Assembly: GCA_041745895.1 (NCBI GenBank)
Contig: JBGTIC010000265.1
Location: 1-43,810 of the forward strand
DNA: 43,810 nt
Reading direction: 5' to 3'
From: Gammaproteobacteria bacterium
GTDB lineage: Bacteria > Pseudomonadota > Gammaproteobacteria > Steroidobacterales > PWYM01
Part shown: one piece after another, positions 29,135 to 37,041 of the stretch
Layout: the number at the start of each line of letters is the position of its first letter
Position numbering within the stretch: the first letter of the stretch is position 1
Program-made: the position numbers and the translations under genes
The notes under the pieces: generated by a model
The model's database searches: none
Seen by the model: the letters and a program-made list of their open reading frames with translations, nothing else
What the model was told of the DNA's origin: nothing

Positions 29135-30331
29135 ATGCGAATATCCACAGCACAGATCTTTGACGGTGGCATCGGCGCGATCCAGCGCAATCAGGCGTCG
29201 CTGGCGACTACCCAGCAGCAGCTGGCCACAGGCAAACGCATTCTCAAGCCCTCTGATGACCCGAGCGGTGCGATCCAGTCGCTGAAGCTCGGGGAGCGAA
29301 TTGCCGCCGTCGATCAGTATGCCCGCAACGCCGACGCTGCCGTGAGCCGTCTGCAGCAGCAGGAGTCGGTGCTCACCCAGATAAGCGAGGCCTTGCAGAG
29401 AGTCCGTGAACTGACGCTTCAGGCGGCAAACGGCACCCAGAGCAACGAATCTCGTGCAGCACTTGCCCTTGAGATCAGGCAACTCGCCGGGGGCCTGCTC
29501 GATGGTGCCAACGCTCGTGACGCCAGCGGGGAGTACATGTTCGCGGGCTATCGCTCAGGCAGTCAGCCTTTCGTGCGCGATGCCGGCGGCGCAGTCGCCT
29601 ATCTGGGTGATGGCGGGCAGCGTCGCGTGGCCCTTTCGCCTGATCGGAGCGTCGCCGTAGGCGAGAGCGGGCAGACCTGGATGAGCATCCCTCGGGGCAA
29701 TGGTATCTTCACGGTGACCCCGGACGCGGGCAACGCCGGCACCGGACGCGTGGTCGCGGGCGAAGTACTGAACCCTTTGCTGATCGACAACGGCACACTG
29801 GAGCTCGTGTTCACCTCTGCCGAGAATTGGCAGCTTCGCGACAGCGACGGGCTGGTGCTCGCCAGCGGCGCCTACGTTCCCGACCAGGCGATCGACTACG
29901 CCGGGCGCAGAATCGTGCTCTCGGGAACACCCCAGACCGGTGACAGTTTCGCCATCGAACCAGCCGGCGTGACGTCGCTGTTTGCAATCGTGGATGCACT
30001 GGCCGTTGAATTGGCGACGCCACGGAACTCGGCCGCAGCCAACACGCTGCGTGATCAGTCGATTGCCTCGGGGTTGCAGAATATCGACCAGGCGCTCGCT
30101 CGGGTGCTGGCGCTGCGTACCGATGTGGGCGCGAGGCTCAACACGATCGACAGTCAGGGCGTGGTCAACGAGGATCAGAAGCTGCAGTTGCAGACTGCAC
30201 TGTTACAGCTCCAGGATCTCGACTACGCTGAGGCCATCAGCCGATTCAATCTCCAGCAAGTCGCTCTGCAGGCCGCCCAGCAGAGCTATGTGCAGCTGGG
30301 CAGGCTCAGCCTGTTCGACTTCATTCGATGA
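29135..30331 (+). CDS. flgL: Flagellar hook-associated protein FlgL
   Basis: MRIST, QQQLATGKRI..PSDDP, Y.FAGY, VGARLN, DLDYAEAIS, C-terminal LSLFDFI. Start at the ATG at 29135. Confidence 0.96.
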   Translation: MRISTAQIFDGGIGAIQRNQASLATTQQQLATGKRILKPSDDPSGAIQSLKLGERIAAVDQYARNADAAVSRLQQQESVLTQISEALQRVRELTLQAANGTQSNESRAALALEIRQLAGGLLDGANARDASGEYMFAGYRSGSQPFVRDAGGAVAYLGDGGQRRVALSPDRSVAVGESGQTWMSIPRGNGIFTVTPDAGNAGTGRVVAGEVLNPLLIDNGTLELVFTSAENWQLRDSDGLVLASGAYVPDQAIDYAGRRIVLSGTPQTGDSFAIEPAGVTSLFAIVDALAVELATPRNSAAANTLRDQSIASGLQNIDQALARVLALRTDVGARLNTIDSQGVVNEDQKLQLQTALLQLQDLDYAEAISRFNLQQVALQAAQQSYVQLGRLSLFDFIR

Positions 30332-31956
30332 GGGTGGCGACCCACACACTCCTTCCGGCCGAGGCGCCCGCCGCGCTGCGCGTCCGATCCCTGCTCACCG
30401 CGGCCAGGCAGGCCGTTGACGAGGATCGCAAGCTCGAGGCCGTCGAGATTTTGAGTGAGGTGCTCGAGCAGGATCCGCAAAACCGTGGGGCGCTGACATC
30501 TCTGACGCTGTTGTCCCTGCAGCTGCGGATGCACAACACGGCGCTGCAGTACGCAGCGCAGATGCTCAGTCTTCCGGATGCCGACGCCGGCGTGTTTGAA
30601 CTCGTTGGCAGCACCTTCTATGAGCTTGGCCGTTATGAAGCTGCTGCCGCCGCGCTGCGTGAGGCGATGCGGCTGGATCCGGATAGCCACCGAGCAGTGC
30701 GACTGTATGCTCTAGTTCTGCGCGCGCTTGGCTGCATTACGGAGGCGAGCGGGTTACTGAGCGCGCTGCTTGCCGTGCGGCGCGATGATGCCGAACTCTG
30801 GCTGCGATACGCCCACACCCGCCATTTCCCCAGTGCAGGGGCTGAAATCAGGCAACTTCGCACGCTGCTGCAACGCGATGGAGTTTCCATGCGCGAGCGG
30901 GCAATGCTGCAGTTCGCATTGTGCAAGCTCTACCAGGACAGCGGTGACGCCAAGGCTTCGTTCAGGGCCTGTCAGGCAGGCAATCGGCTGATGTGTGAAC
31001 TCGAACGCGACGAGGTCGGGCGTCTGCGCAGTGGTGGACTCATCCGGCTGGCAGCGCGCATGATCGAGGTGTTCCAACCGGAGTTCGTCGTTGCTCGCTC
31101 GGTGCGGCATCCATCGACGCGGGGGCTCACGCTCGTGCTGGGTCCACCGCGCGCCGGCAAGACGCTCCTGGAAGGCGCACTGGCGGCGCATCCGGCGATC
31201 CGTGGATTGGGCGAGCGTGATATTGTCGATGAAGTGCTGCGAAAGGGCGGGCAGGGGCTGCTCACCGCATACCCCGACTCGCTGCGCAGCCTGGATGACA
31301 TCGGCATGCAGCGACTGAGCGTGATGCTTGAAAGCGCGTGGGGAGAGGCGCCGGCCCCAGGTGTTGTCACGCATCTGGTGACGACGCCTGGAAACATCAT
31401 GTACGCCGGCATGGTCATGATGCTCAACCCGGCTGCGAGGCTGGTGATCTGTCAGCGTGACCATATTGCCAATGCCCTGGCGATCTATCTCAAGTACTTC
31501 GAGCAGTCCCATGCGTATGCCTGGGATATCGATTTGATTGCCGAGTACATACTCGTCTACGAGTGCTTGGCGGCGCACTGGCAGGCCCTGTTTCCCGGGC
31601 GTGTCAATATGCTGGCCTACGAAGACCTCGTGGCCGATCCGGATGCCTGTGTGCGAGGCGAGCTTCTGGCCCATGGCCTTGACTGGCATGAGCTGTGTGT
31701 CAACGACTCTGCCCGTGCCGTCAGTCCGGACGTCGTCGGCGTGGCCGGCAGTGATGAGGTGCGTGTGCAGGTCACTCCTGCGTTCTCATGCCTCGACGAT
31801 ATCTATCAAGCGCAGCGGCCACTCTTTACTCGCGCCTTCGAGCGTGCGCAGCGCAGAATTCTACCGATACTTTCATCTGCGCTTCTGGATGCCGATACGA
31901 GGCACGCAGACAATTGCGTGAATCAGTTCACACTACGCACTGCGTCGATGCCGTGA
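30328..31956 (+). CDS. TPR-repeat plus sulfotransferase-fold protein (atypical motifs)
   Basis: N-terminal TPR-like helices (LGRYEAAAAALREAMRLDP); C-terminal LGPPRAGKTLLE..LAAHP.I.G.GE, R-D, YEDLVADP and WHELC typical of bacterial TPR-sulfotransferases. ATGA overlap with flgL. Confidence 0.75.
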   Translation: MRVATHTLLPAEAPAALRVRSLLTAARQAVDEDRKLEAVEILSEVLEQDPQNRGALTSLTLLSLQLRMHNTALQYAAQMLSLPDADAGVFELVGSTFYELGRYEAAAAALREAMRLDPDSHRAVRLYALVLRALGCITEASGLLSALLAVRRDDAELWLRYAHTRHFPSAGAEIRQLRTLLQRDGVSMRERAMLQFALCKLYQDSGDAKASFRACQAGNRLMCELERDEVGRLRSGGLIRLAARMIEVFQPEFVVARSVRHPSTRGLTLVLGPPRAGKTLLEGALAAHPAIRGLGERDIVDEVLRKGGQGLLTAYPDSLRSLDDIGMQRLSVMLESAWGEAPAPGVVTHLVTTPGNIMYAGMVMMLNPAARLVICQRDHIANALAIYLKYFEQSHAYAWDIDLIAEYILVYECLAAHWQALFPGRVNMLAYEDLVADPDACVRGELLAHGLDWHELCVNDSARAVSPDVVGVAGSDEVRVQVTPAFSCLDDIYQAQRPLFTRAFERAQRRILPILSSALLDADTRHADNCVNQFTLRTASMP

Positions 31957-32002
31957 GTACCACGCAGCGGGGCCTTTTTGATATGCATGAGAAGCGCTTG
32001 CC

Positions 32003-32029
32003 TAAAGTTCTTTCTGTCAGGGCCGATAC
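32003..32029 (+). promoter_or_regulatory. sigma28 promoter for fliC
   Basis: TAAAG-N14-GCCGATAC, near consensus. Confidence 0.88.
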
Positions 32030-32125
32030 GCATCTCGCAACCGGCACATTCATGCCGCCGGATGAGACACCGCCTCTCGCGGCGGCCAACTGAATGTAAA
32101 TTTGACGAGTACCAGGAGTACGGAA

Positions 32126-33295
32126 ATGTCACAGGTTATCAATACCAACGTGCTGTCGCTGAACGCACAGCGCAACCTGAGCACCTCGCAGAGTGCGCTG
32201 GGTGTTTCTCTGCAGCGCCTGTCCTCAGGTCTGCGCATCAACAGTGCCAAGGATGACGCGGCCGGGCTTGCCATCTCCGAGCGCTTCACCACGCAGATTC
32301 GTGGCCTGAACGTCGCCGTGCGCAATGCCAACGACGGTATTTCGCTGGCGCAGACAGCCGAAGGTGCGCTGGGCGAGGTTGGCAACAACCTGCAGCGCAT
32401 CCGCGAGCTGGCGGTCCAGGCCTCCAACGCGACGAACTCCGCAAGCGACCGCGCCGCCCTGAATGCAGAGGCGCAGCAGCTGATCCAGGAAATCACGCGT
32501 GTCGCCCAGCAGACCGAGTTCAACGGCACCAGGCTGCTCGACGGCTCGTTCAGCGGCGCGGCCTTTCAGGTCGGCGCCAACGCCGGTCAGCTGATCTCGG
32601 TGGAGATCGATGCCGACGCACGTGGCGACCGGCTCGGCGAGACCCAGTTTGCCAGCGGCAGCGTGGCCGTCGCTACTGCCCAGACCGCGGTGACGGGTAT
32701 CGTCGTCAATGGTGTTGAGATTGACGACGTCGAGGTTGCTGCGATCACCGCCACGTCGGGTGGTGGTACGGTAACCACCGATGCCGCCGCTACGCAGGCT
32801 GCGCTGCGTGATGCTTTGGTCGGGGCGATCAATTCAGTCTCCGCCCAGTCGGGCGTTGTTGCTGAAGCCGGTGCCACCGGCGCCATCAGCGTCAGTTCGT
32901 TCCAGGCCGGTGATACTGCCATCACCTTCGCCGCCACCAATGCGACGGGCACCTTCGCCGCACCGGCTGCTGGCGATGAGTCCTTCGTCAGCGATATCGA
33001 CATCTCGACCTTCAGCGGTGCTCAGCAAGCCATCGGGATTGCCGATGCGGCCCTGACAGAGATCAACAGCGTACGTGCCCAGATGGGTGCCATTCAGAAT
33101 CGCTTCGAGTCCGTGATCGCAAACCTGCAGACGAACAGCGAAAACCTGGCAGCCTCACGCAGCCGTATCCGCGACACGGATTTCGCTGCCGAGACCGCGG
33201 CGCTGACCCGGGCGCAGGTGCTGCAGCAGGCGGGCGTGGCCATGCTTGCACAGGCCAATGCGGCTCCGCAGAACGTGCTGGCGCTGCTGCGTTAA
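32126..33295 (+). CDS. fliC: Flagellin
   Basis: MSQVINTN, QRLSSGLRINSAKDDAAG, LQRIRELAVQ, GAIQNRF, RSRIRDTDFA, C-terminal PQNVLALLR; AGGAG SD. Confidence 0.98.
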   Translation: MSQVINTNVLSLNAQRNLSTSQSALGVSLQRLSSGLRINSAKDDAAGLAISERFTTQIRGLNVAVRNANDGISLAQTAEGALGEVGNNLQRIRELAVQASNATNSASDRAALNAEAQQLIQEITRVAQQTEFNGTRLLDGSFSGAAFQVGANAGQLISVEIDADARGDRLGETQFASGSVAVATAQTAVTGIVVNGVEIDDVEVAAITATSGGGTVTTDAAATQAALRDALVGAINSVSAQSGVVAEAGATGAISVSSFQAGDTAITFAATNATGTFAAPAAGDESFVSDIDISTFSGAQQAIGIADAALTEINSVRAQMGAIQNRFESVIANLQTNSENLAASRSRIRDTDFAAETAALTRAQVLQQAGVAMLAQANAAPQNVLALLR

Positions 33296-33313
33296 GCGCA
33301 GTCAACACCGAGA

Positions 33314-33341
33314 CCGGCGGCGGCCTTCGGGTCGCCGCCGG
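33314..33341 (+). terminator. Strong hairpin downstream of fliC (no U-tract; partial terminator or stabiliser)
   Basis: CCGGCGGCGGCC-TTCG-GGTCGCCGCCGG: 12-bp stem with one G-U pair and a C(UUCG)G loop. Confidence 0.65.
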
Positions 33342-33477
33342 CACCGCGTTACTGATATGACAGTGTGCATTTCACGTCGCCACGACGCCGGCCTCGCCAG
33401 GCGCCCCACGTGAAATGCGTATTGAACGAATCAGCCTGGATGAGCCGGGGACGAGCCACGGCTGAGGGTAGGCAGCG

Positions 33478-33840
33478 GTGAATATCGAGTCGATGTCCAT
33501 GAAGCTGGCGCGTCCGGCTGCCCCTGGAGCGGTGGCCGGTCCGTCGCTTTTGGTTACACCGGCTTTCGTGCCGGTTGCAGAGGCCCCCGCAGCGCGCGAG
33601 GGTCGGATGGCGCCTACGCCCAAGCAGTTGGTGGCCGTGCTCAACCATGTGCTGCAGGATGATCGGCGGGACCTGCGATTTCGCGTCGATGAATCCAGTG
33701 GACGCACGATCGTCGAGGTCGTCGCAGCGGGCAGCGGTGACGTCATCCGGCAGATTCCCGGCGATGAGATCCTGCGCATGGCCAGCATGCTGGCCGAGGG
33801 AGCGCCGCTGGATTCGCTCGGGCTTGAGGCGTGGTCGTGA
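33478..33840 (+). CDS. flaG: Flagellar protein FlaG
   Basis: L.FRVDESSGRTIVEVV...SGDVIRQIP.DE.L; lies between fliC and fliD. Confidence 0.9.
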   Translation: MNIESMSMKLARPAAPGAVAGPSLLVTPAFVPVAEAPAAREGRMAPTPKQLVAVLNHVLQDDRRDLRFRVDESSGRTIVEVVAAGSGDVIRQIPGDEILRMASMLAEGAPLDSLGLEAWS

Positions 33841-33856
33841 TCAATCGGAGCAGGCA

Positions 33857-35200
33857 ATGACGGGCATCAGCAGTCTGGGAATCGGCTCGGGGATCGACCT
33901 TGAGGGGCTGGTCTCCGCCCTTGTTCGCGGACAGCGTGCGCCCAATGACCTGCAGCTCAATCGCCGCGAGTCCCGGGCGAAGCTGGAACTCTCAGCACTT
34001 GGCAGCCTGCGCAGCGCCGTCTCGGCACTGGCCACGGCGGGTGCTGCGCTGGAGAACACTCAGACGCCGCTGCGTACGCGCGCCACGGGGCCTGAAACGC
34101 TTGTCGTGACGTTGGGTGCAGCGGCCGAACGCGCGAGCTACCAGTTGCGTGTGACCGAACTGGCCAGCGCCCAGTCGCTGGCCACCGAGCTGTTCGCCGA
34201 TGCGGATGCGCCGCTGGCGAGCGGGGTTCTGGGCGTGAGCGTCGGCGATCAGAGCGTCGAGATCGATCTCTCTGGCGGCGACGTTTCGTTGCGCGATGTG
34301 CGCGATGCCATCAACACCAGCGGTGCACACGTGCAGGCCGCCGTGGTGCGCGATGGTGAGGGATACCGCTTGTTGCTCACCTCCACGCGCTCCGGTGAGG
34401 CCGGCGAGATGACGCTAAGCGCCGCGGGTGGCCTTGATGCGCGCCTGGAGTCTGCGCAGATGACGCAGACGGCCGCTGCAAACGACGCCAGCTTCAGCAT
34501 CAATGGTCTGACGCTGAGCAGCGCCAGCAACAACATCGAAGACGTGATTCCGGGCGTGAGTTTCCGGCTCACGGCGGTGAGCCCAGACGCCGGGTCGACC
34601 CGCATTGACATCGAGCCCGACGGTGACGCTGTGCGTGGCAGAGTCGAGACCATGATCAAGGCCTACAACGCCCTGATCGACGAGACGCGCAAGCTGGGCC
34701 GCTTCAATGCCGAGACGCAGGAAGCCGGTCCGTTGCTGGGCAACTCGGTCCTGCGTTCCGTGCAGTCGCGCCTGGGCAGCGCGCTCAGCGGGGCGGTGAG
34801 TACCGATCTGGCGGACAACCCCTTCGGCAGTCTGTTCGATCTGGGTGTGCGCACCGATGCCACTGGCAAGGCACGCCTCGACACTGCCGCGTTCACCGAG
34901 GCCATGGCTGGCAACGAGCAGGGTGTCGAGGCCGTGCTATCGGCGTTCGGCGAGTCCCTGTCCACCGCGATGCGGGCCTTCTCCGGCAGCGATGGCATCA
35001 TCAACGGCCGCACGAGCGCACTCAACGCGACTGTGCGCAGGGTGGGCCAGCAGCGCGAGTCGCTGGACAGGCGTATGGAACAGGTGGAAACGCGCCTGCG
35101 TGCGCAGTTCACTGCACTCGACGCGCTGGTGACGCAGACTCAGAACACCAGCGCGTATCTCACCCAACAGCTCGCCGGGCTTTCGTCGCTGCGGCTGTAG
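33857..35200 (+). CDS. fliD: Flagellar filament cap FliD
   Basis: ISSLGIGSGIDL..LV..L, V..LASAQ, SN....VIPGV, RL..QFTALD. Start at the ATG at 33857 after GGAG. Confidence 0.95.
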   Translation: MTGISSLGIGSGIDLEGLVSALVRGQRAPNDLQLNRRESRAKLELSALGSLRSAVSALATAGAALENTQTPLRTRATGPETLVVTLGAAAERASYQLRVTELASAQSLATELFADADAPLASGVLGVSVGDQSVEIDLSGGDVSLRDVRDAINTSGAHVQAAVVRDGEGYRLLLTSTRSGEAGEMTLSAAGGLDARLESAQMTQTAAANDASFSINGLTLSSASNNIEDVIPGVSFRLTAVSPDAGSTRIDIEPDGDAVRGRVETMIKAYNALIDETRKLGRFNAETQEAGPLLGNSVLRSVQSRLGSALSGAVSTDLADNPFGSLFDLGVRTDATGKARLDTAAFTEAMAGNEQGVEAVLSAFGESLSTAMRAFSGSDGIINGRTSALNATVRRVGQQRESLDRRMEQVETRLRAQFTALDALVTQTQNTSAYLTQQLAGLSSLRL

Positions 35201-35257
35201 CCGTAGCCGAACCGGGGGGTTCTGACGTTTTTCGCGTCCCCGCTGGCCTCTTGCCCT

Positions 35258-35284
35258 TCAGTTTTTCCTGGTTGTTGCCGATAT
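35258..35284 (+). promoter_or_regulatory. sigma28 promoter for fliS
   Basis: TCAG-N15-GCCGATAT. Confidence 0.65.
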
Positions 35285-35336
35285 TCATCGTATCGGGCGG
35301 GGCGCCCCGCAACGTCAACGAGCGCGGAGAACCACC

Positions 35337-35780
35337 ATGTACGACAACGGCAGTCATCGGGCCATTAATCAGTACCGCCAGATCGGCGTGGATGCGCAGG
35401 TCAGTGATGCCTCGCCGCATCAGATGATTCAGATGATGCTTGACGGTGCCGTGGCGCGCGTTGCAGCCGCTCGCGGTGCCATCGAGGCAGGCGAGACGGC
35501 CCGCAAGGGCGAGTTCATCGGCAAGGCCATCGGGCTGGTCGAGGGGCTTCGTGTCAGTCTGGACACAGCCGCTGGCGGCGAAATAGCCGACAACCTGCTG
35601 GCGTTGTACGACTACATGGGCCGTCGACTGCTCGAAGCCAACCTTCGCAGTGACATCGGCATTCTTGATGAAGTAGCCAGTCTGCTGCGCGAGTTGCAGA
35701 CCGGCTGGCGTGAACTCGGGCAGGTGATCGCCGGGAGCGCTGAGCAGCGCACGGACATCAGCGCCGTCGGCGCACGTTAA
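35337..35780 (+). CDS. fliS: Flagellin export chaperone FliS
   Basis: ASPHQMIQMMLDGA, L..SLD..AGGEIA.NL.ALYDYM..RL..AN. Confidence 0.96.
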   Translation: MYDNGSHRAINQYRQIGVDAQVSDASPHQMIQMMLDGAVARVAAARGAIEAGETARKGEFIGKAIGLVEGLRVSLDTAAGGEIADNLLALYDYMGRRLLEANLRSDIGILDEVASLLRELQTGWRELGQVIAGSAEQRTDISAVGAR

Positions 35781-35818
35781 GCCAGCCGGGCACTTTGTTT
35801 TCCAACCGATGCACTAGC

Positions 35819-35834
35819 TGGCACGCTAGTTGCA
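35819..35834 (+). promoter_or_regulatory. sigma54 promoter for the fliT-like and tPilZ genes
   Basis: TGGCAC-GCTAG-TTGCA. Confidence 0.8.
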
Positions 35835-35921
35835 GATTCCCCCTAGAGACTTTAAGTGACGCTGGCGGTGTGACGGCTTTTTGACGCCATACTTCCGTGC
35901 GAACCGTCGAGGGGTTGAATC

Positions 35922-36302
35922 ATGACGATGTCGGCAGCAGCAAGCGGGATACCCGGTGCGAACGACGACGCGGTGCCAGAGATACTCGTCGCCCGCGCCG
36001 AGCGCCTCGTGACGCAGATGCAGCGCGAGGTGGACGCGCAGGCATGGACCGGCCTGCCGGTGCTGGCCGATCAGCTGCACGACAGTCTGCTGCGCCTGGA
36101 GCACAGCGCACACGGCGTGGCGGCCAAAGACGCGGCAAGGGGTGCGGCCCTGGCTACCCGATTGGCCGAAGTCGCCGACCGCCACGCGGCCTTGCTGGTG
36201 GCGCTGACCGTTGCACGCGACCGCACGGCCACGGAGCTTTCTTCTGCGTTGCAGGGCCATGGCGGTGCTGTGCAATATCTGAACGCCGCAGGAGGGTCCT
36301 AG
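35922..36302 (+). CDS. fliT: Probable FliT-like chaperone
   Basis: Small helical protein after fliS with the FliT-like Trp (AQAW) and a C-terminal AVQY. Mainly a positional call. Confidence 0.55.
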   Translation: MTMSAAASGIPGANDDAVPEILVARAERLVTQMQREVDAQAWTGLPVLADQLHDSLLRLEHSAHGVAAKDAARGAALATRLAEVADRHAALLVALTVARDRTATELSSALQGHGGAVQYLNAAGGS

Positions 36303-36305
36303 GCC

Positions 36306-36899
36306 ATGAGTGAATCCATGTCCGGGCTCTACCGTATTCTCCCGCCTGCGGAAATCGATGTACTCGGGGAACGCGTATTCTGCGATGACGAGTTGGGATT
36401 GCGCTGGCGTCAGGTGGAGAGCTTGCCAGGTGATATCGTGCTGGCGCGTATCAACGCGCGCAACGAGACCGTGTTGCGCTCGATCGCAATGCTTGAAGAA
36501 CAGGACCAGACGCAGGCGGACGCCGCGGAGCGGGCGGAGCTACACCGCATCGAAGGCAAGCTCAATCTGGTGCTCGAGCTGTTGACCGAACTGATGCGAG
36601 AGCGCCAGGCCGAGCCCATTCGTGCGCACGCGATGCGACTCAACGCTCGGGGAGTGTGCTGGGATGACGCCGGCCCTGTGCGCCAGGGCGCGTTGCTGGA
36701 ATTCGAAATATTTGCGCTACCGGCCTGGCCGGTGCCGCTCATATTGCACGGACGCGTGACCAGCGCAGATGAGCGACGCGGCGGCTGGCGGGCGTGTGCG
36801 CGCCTGGAAGGCCTATCGGCCGGGTCGCGGGACTGGCTGGACAAGCTGGTGTTCCGTCGTCACCGACGCGCCGTGGCGCATAGTCGGACCAGCCGCTGA
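36306..36899 (+). CDS. Atypical (tetrameric, Xanthomonas-type) PilZ domain protein
   Basis: Helical N-terminal half with RIEGKLNL..ELL, then L.ARG..W, P.PL...G.V and C-terminal LDKLVFRRHRR; same post-fliS/fliT position as the Xanthomonas gene. Confidence 0.72.
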   Translation: MSESMSGLYRILPPAEIDVLGERVFCDDELGLRWRQVESLPGDIVLARINARNETVLRSIAMLEEQDQTQADAAERAELHRIEGKLNLVLELLTELMRERQAEPIRAHAMRLNARGVCWDDAGPVRQGALLEFEIFALPAWPVPLILHGRVTSADERRGGWRACARLEGLSAGSRDWLDKLVFRRHRRAVAHSRTSR

Positions 36900-36944
36900 G
36901 GAAGCGTCGGCAACCACCGCTCGCATCGGTTTGCACCTCTGACG

Positions 36945-36973
36945 TTGCGGGCCTTCCTTATTGAAGGTACTGT
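36945..36973 (+). promoter_or_regulatory. Putative sigma70 promoter for fleQ
   Basis: TTGCGG-N17-TACTGT; fleQ is sigma70-driven in P. aeruginosa. Confidence 0.5.
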
Positions 36974-37041
36974 CGCGCATCAGGGAAACTGTGAATCCGC
37001 TCAACAAAGAGTCGGGCAGCTATCAGGGACGGGGCAGCGTG

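Noticed and set aside
33575-33856. N-terminal extensions in the ORF track (fliD here; also motA, flgB, fliC, MCP, fleQ, fleR-like)
   Set aside because: They overlap neighbouring genes or promoters; downstream starts match the family N-termini and SD positions.
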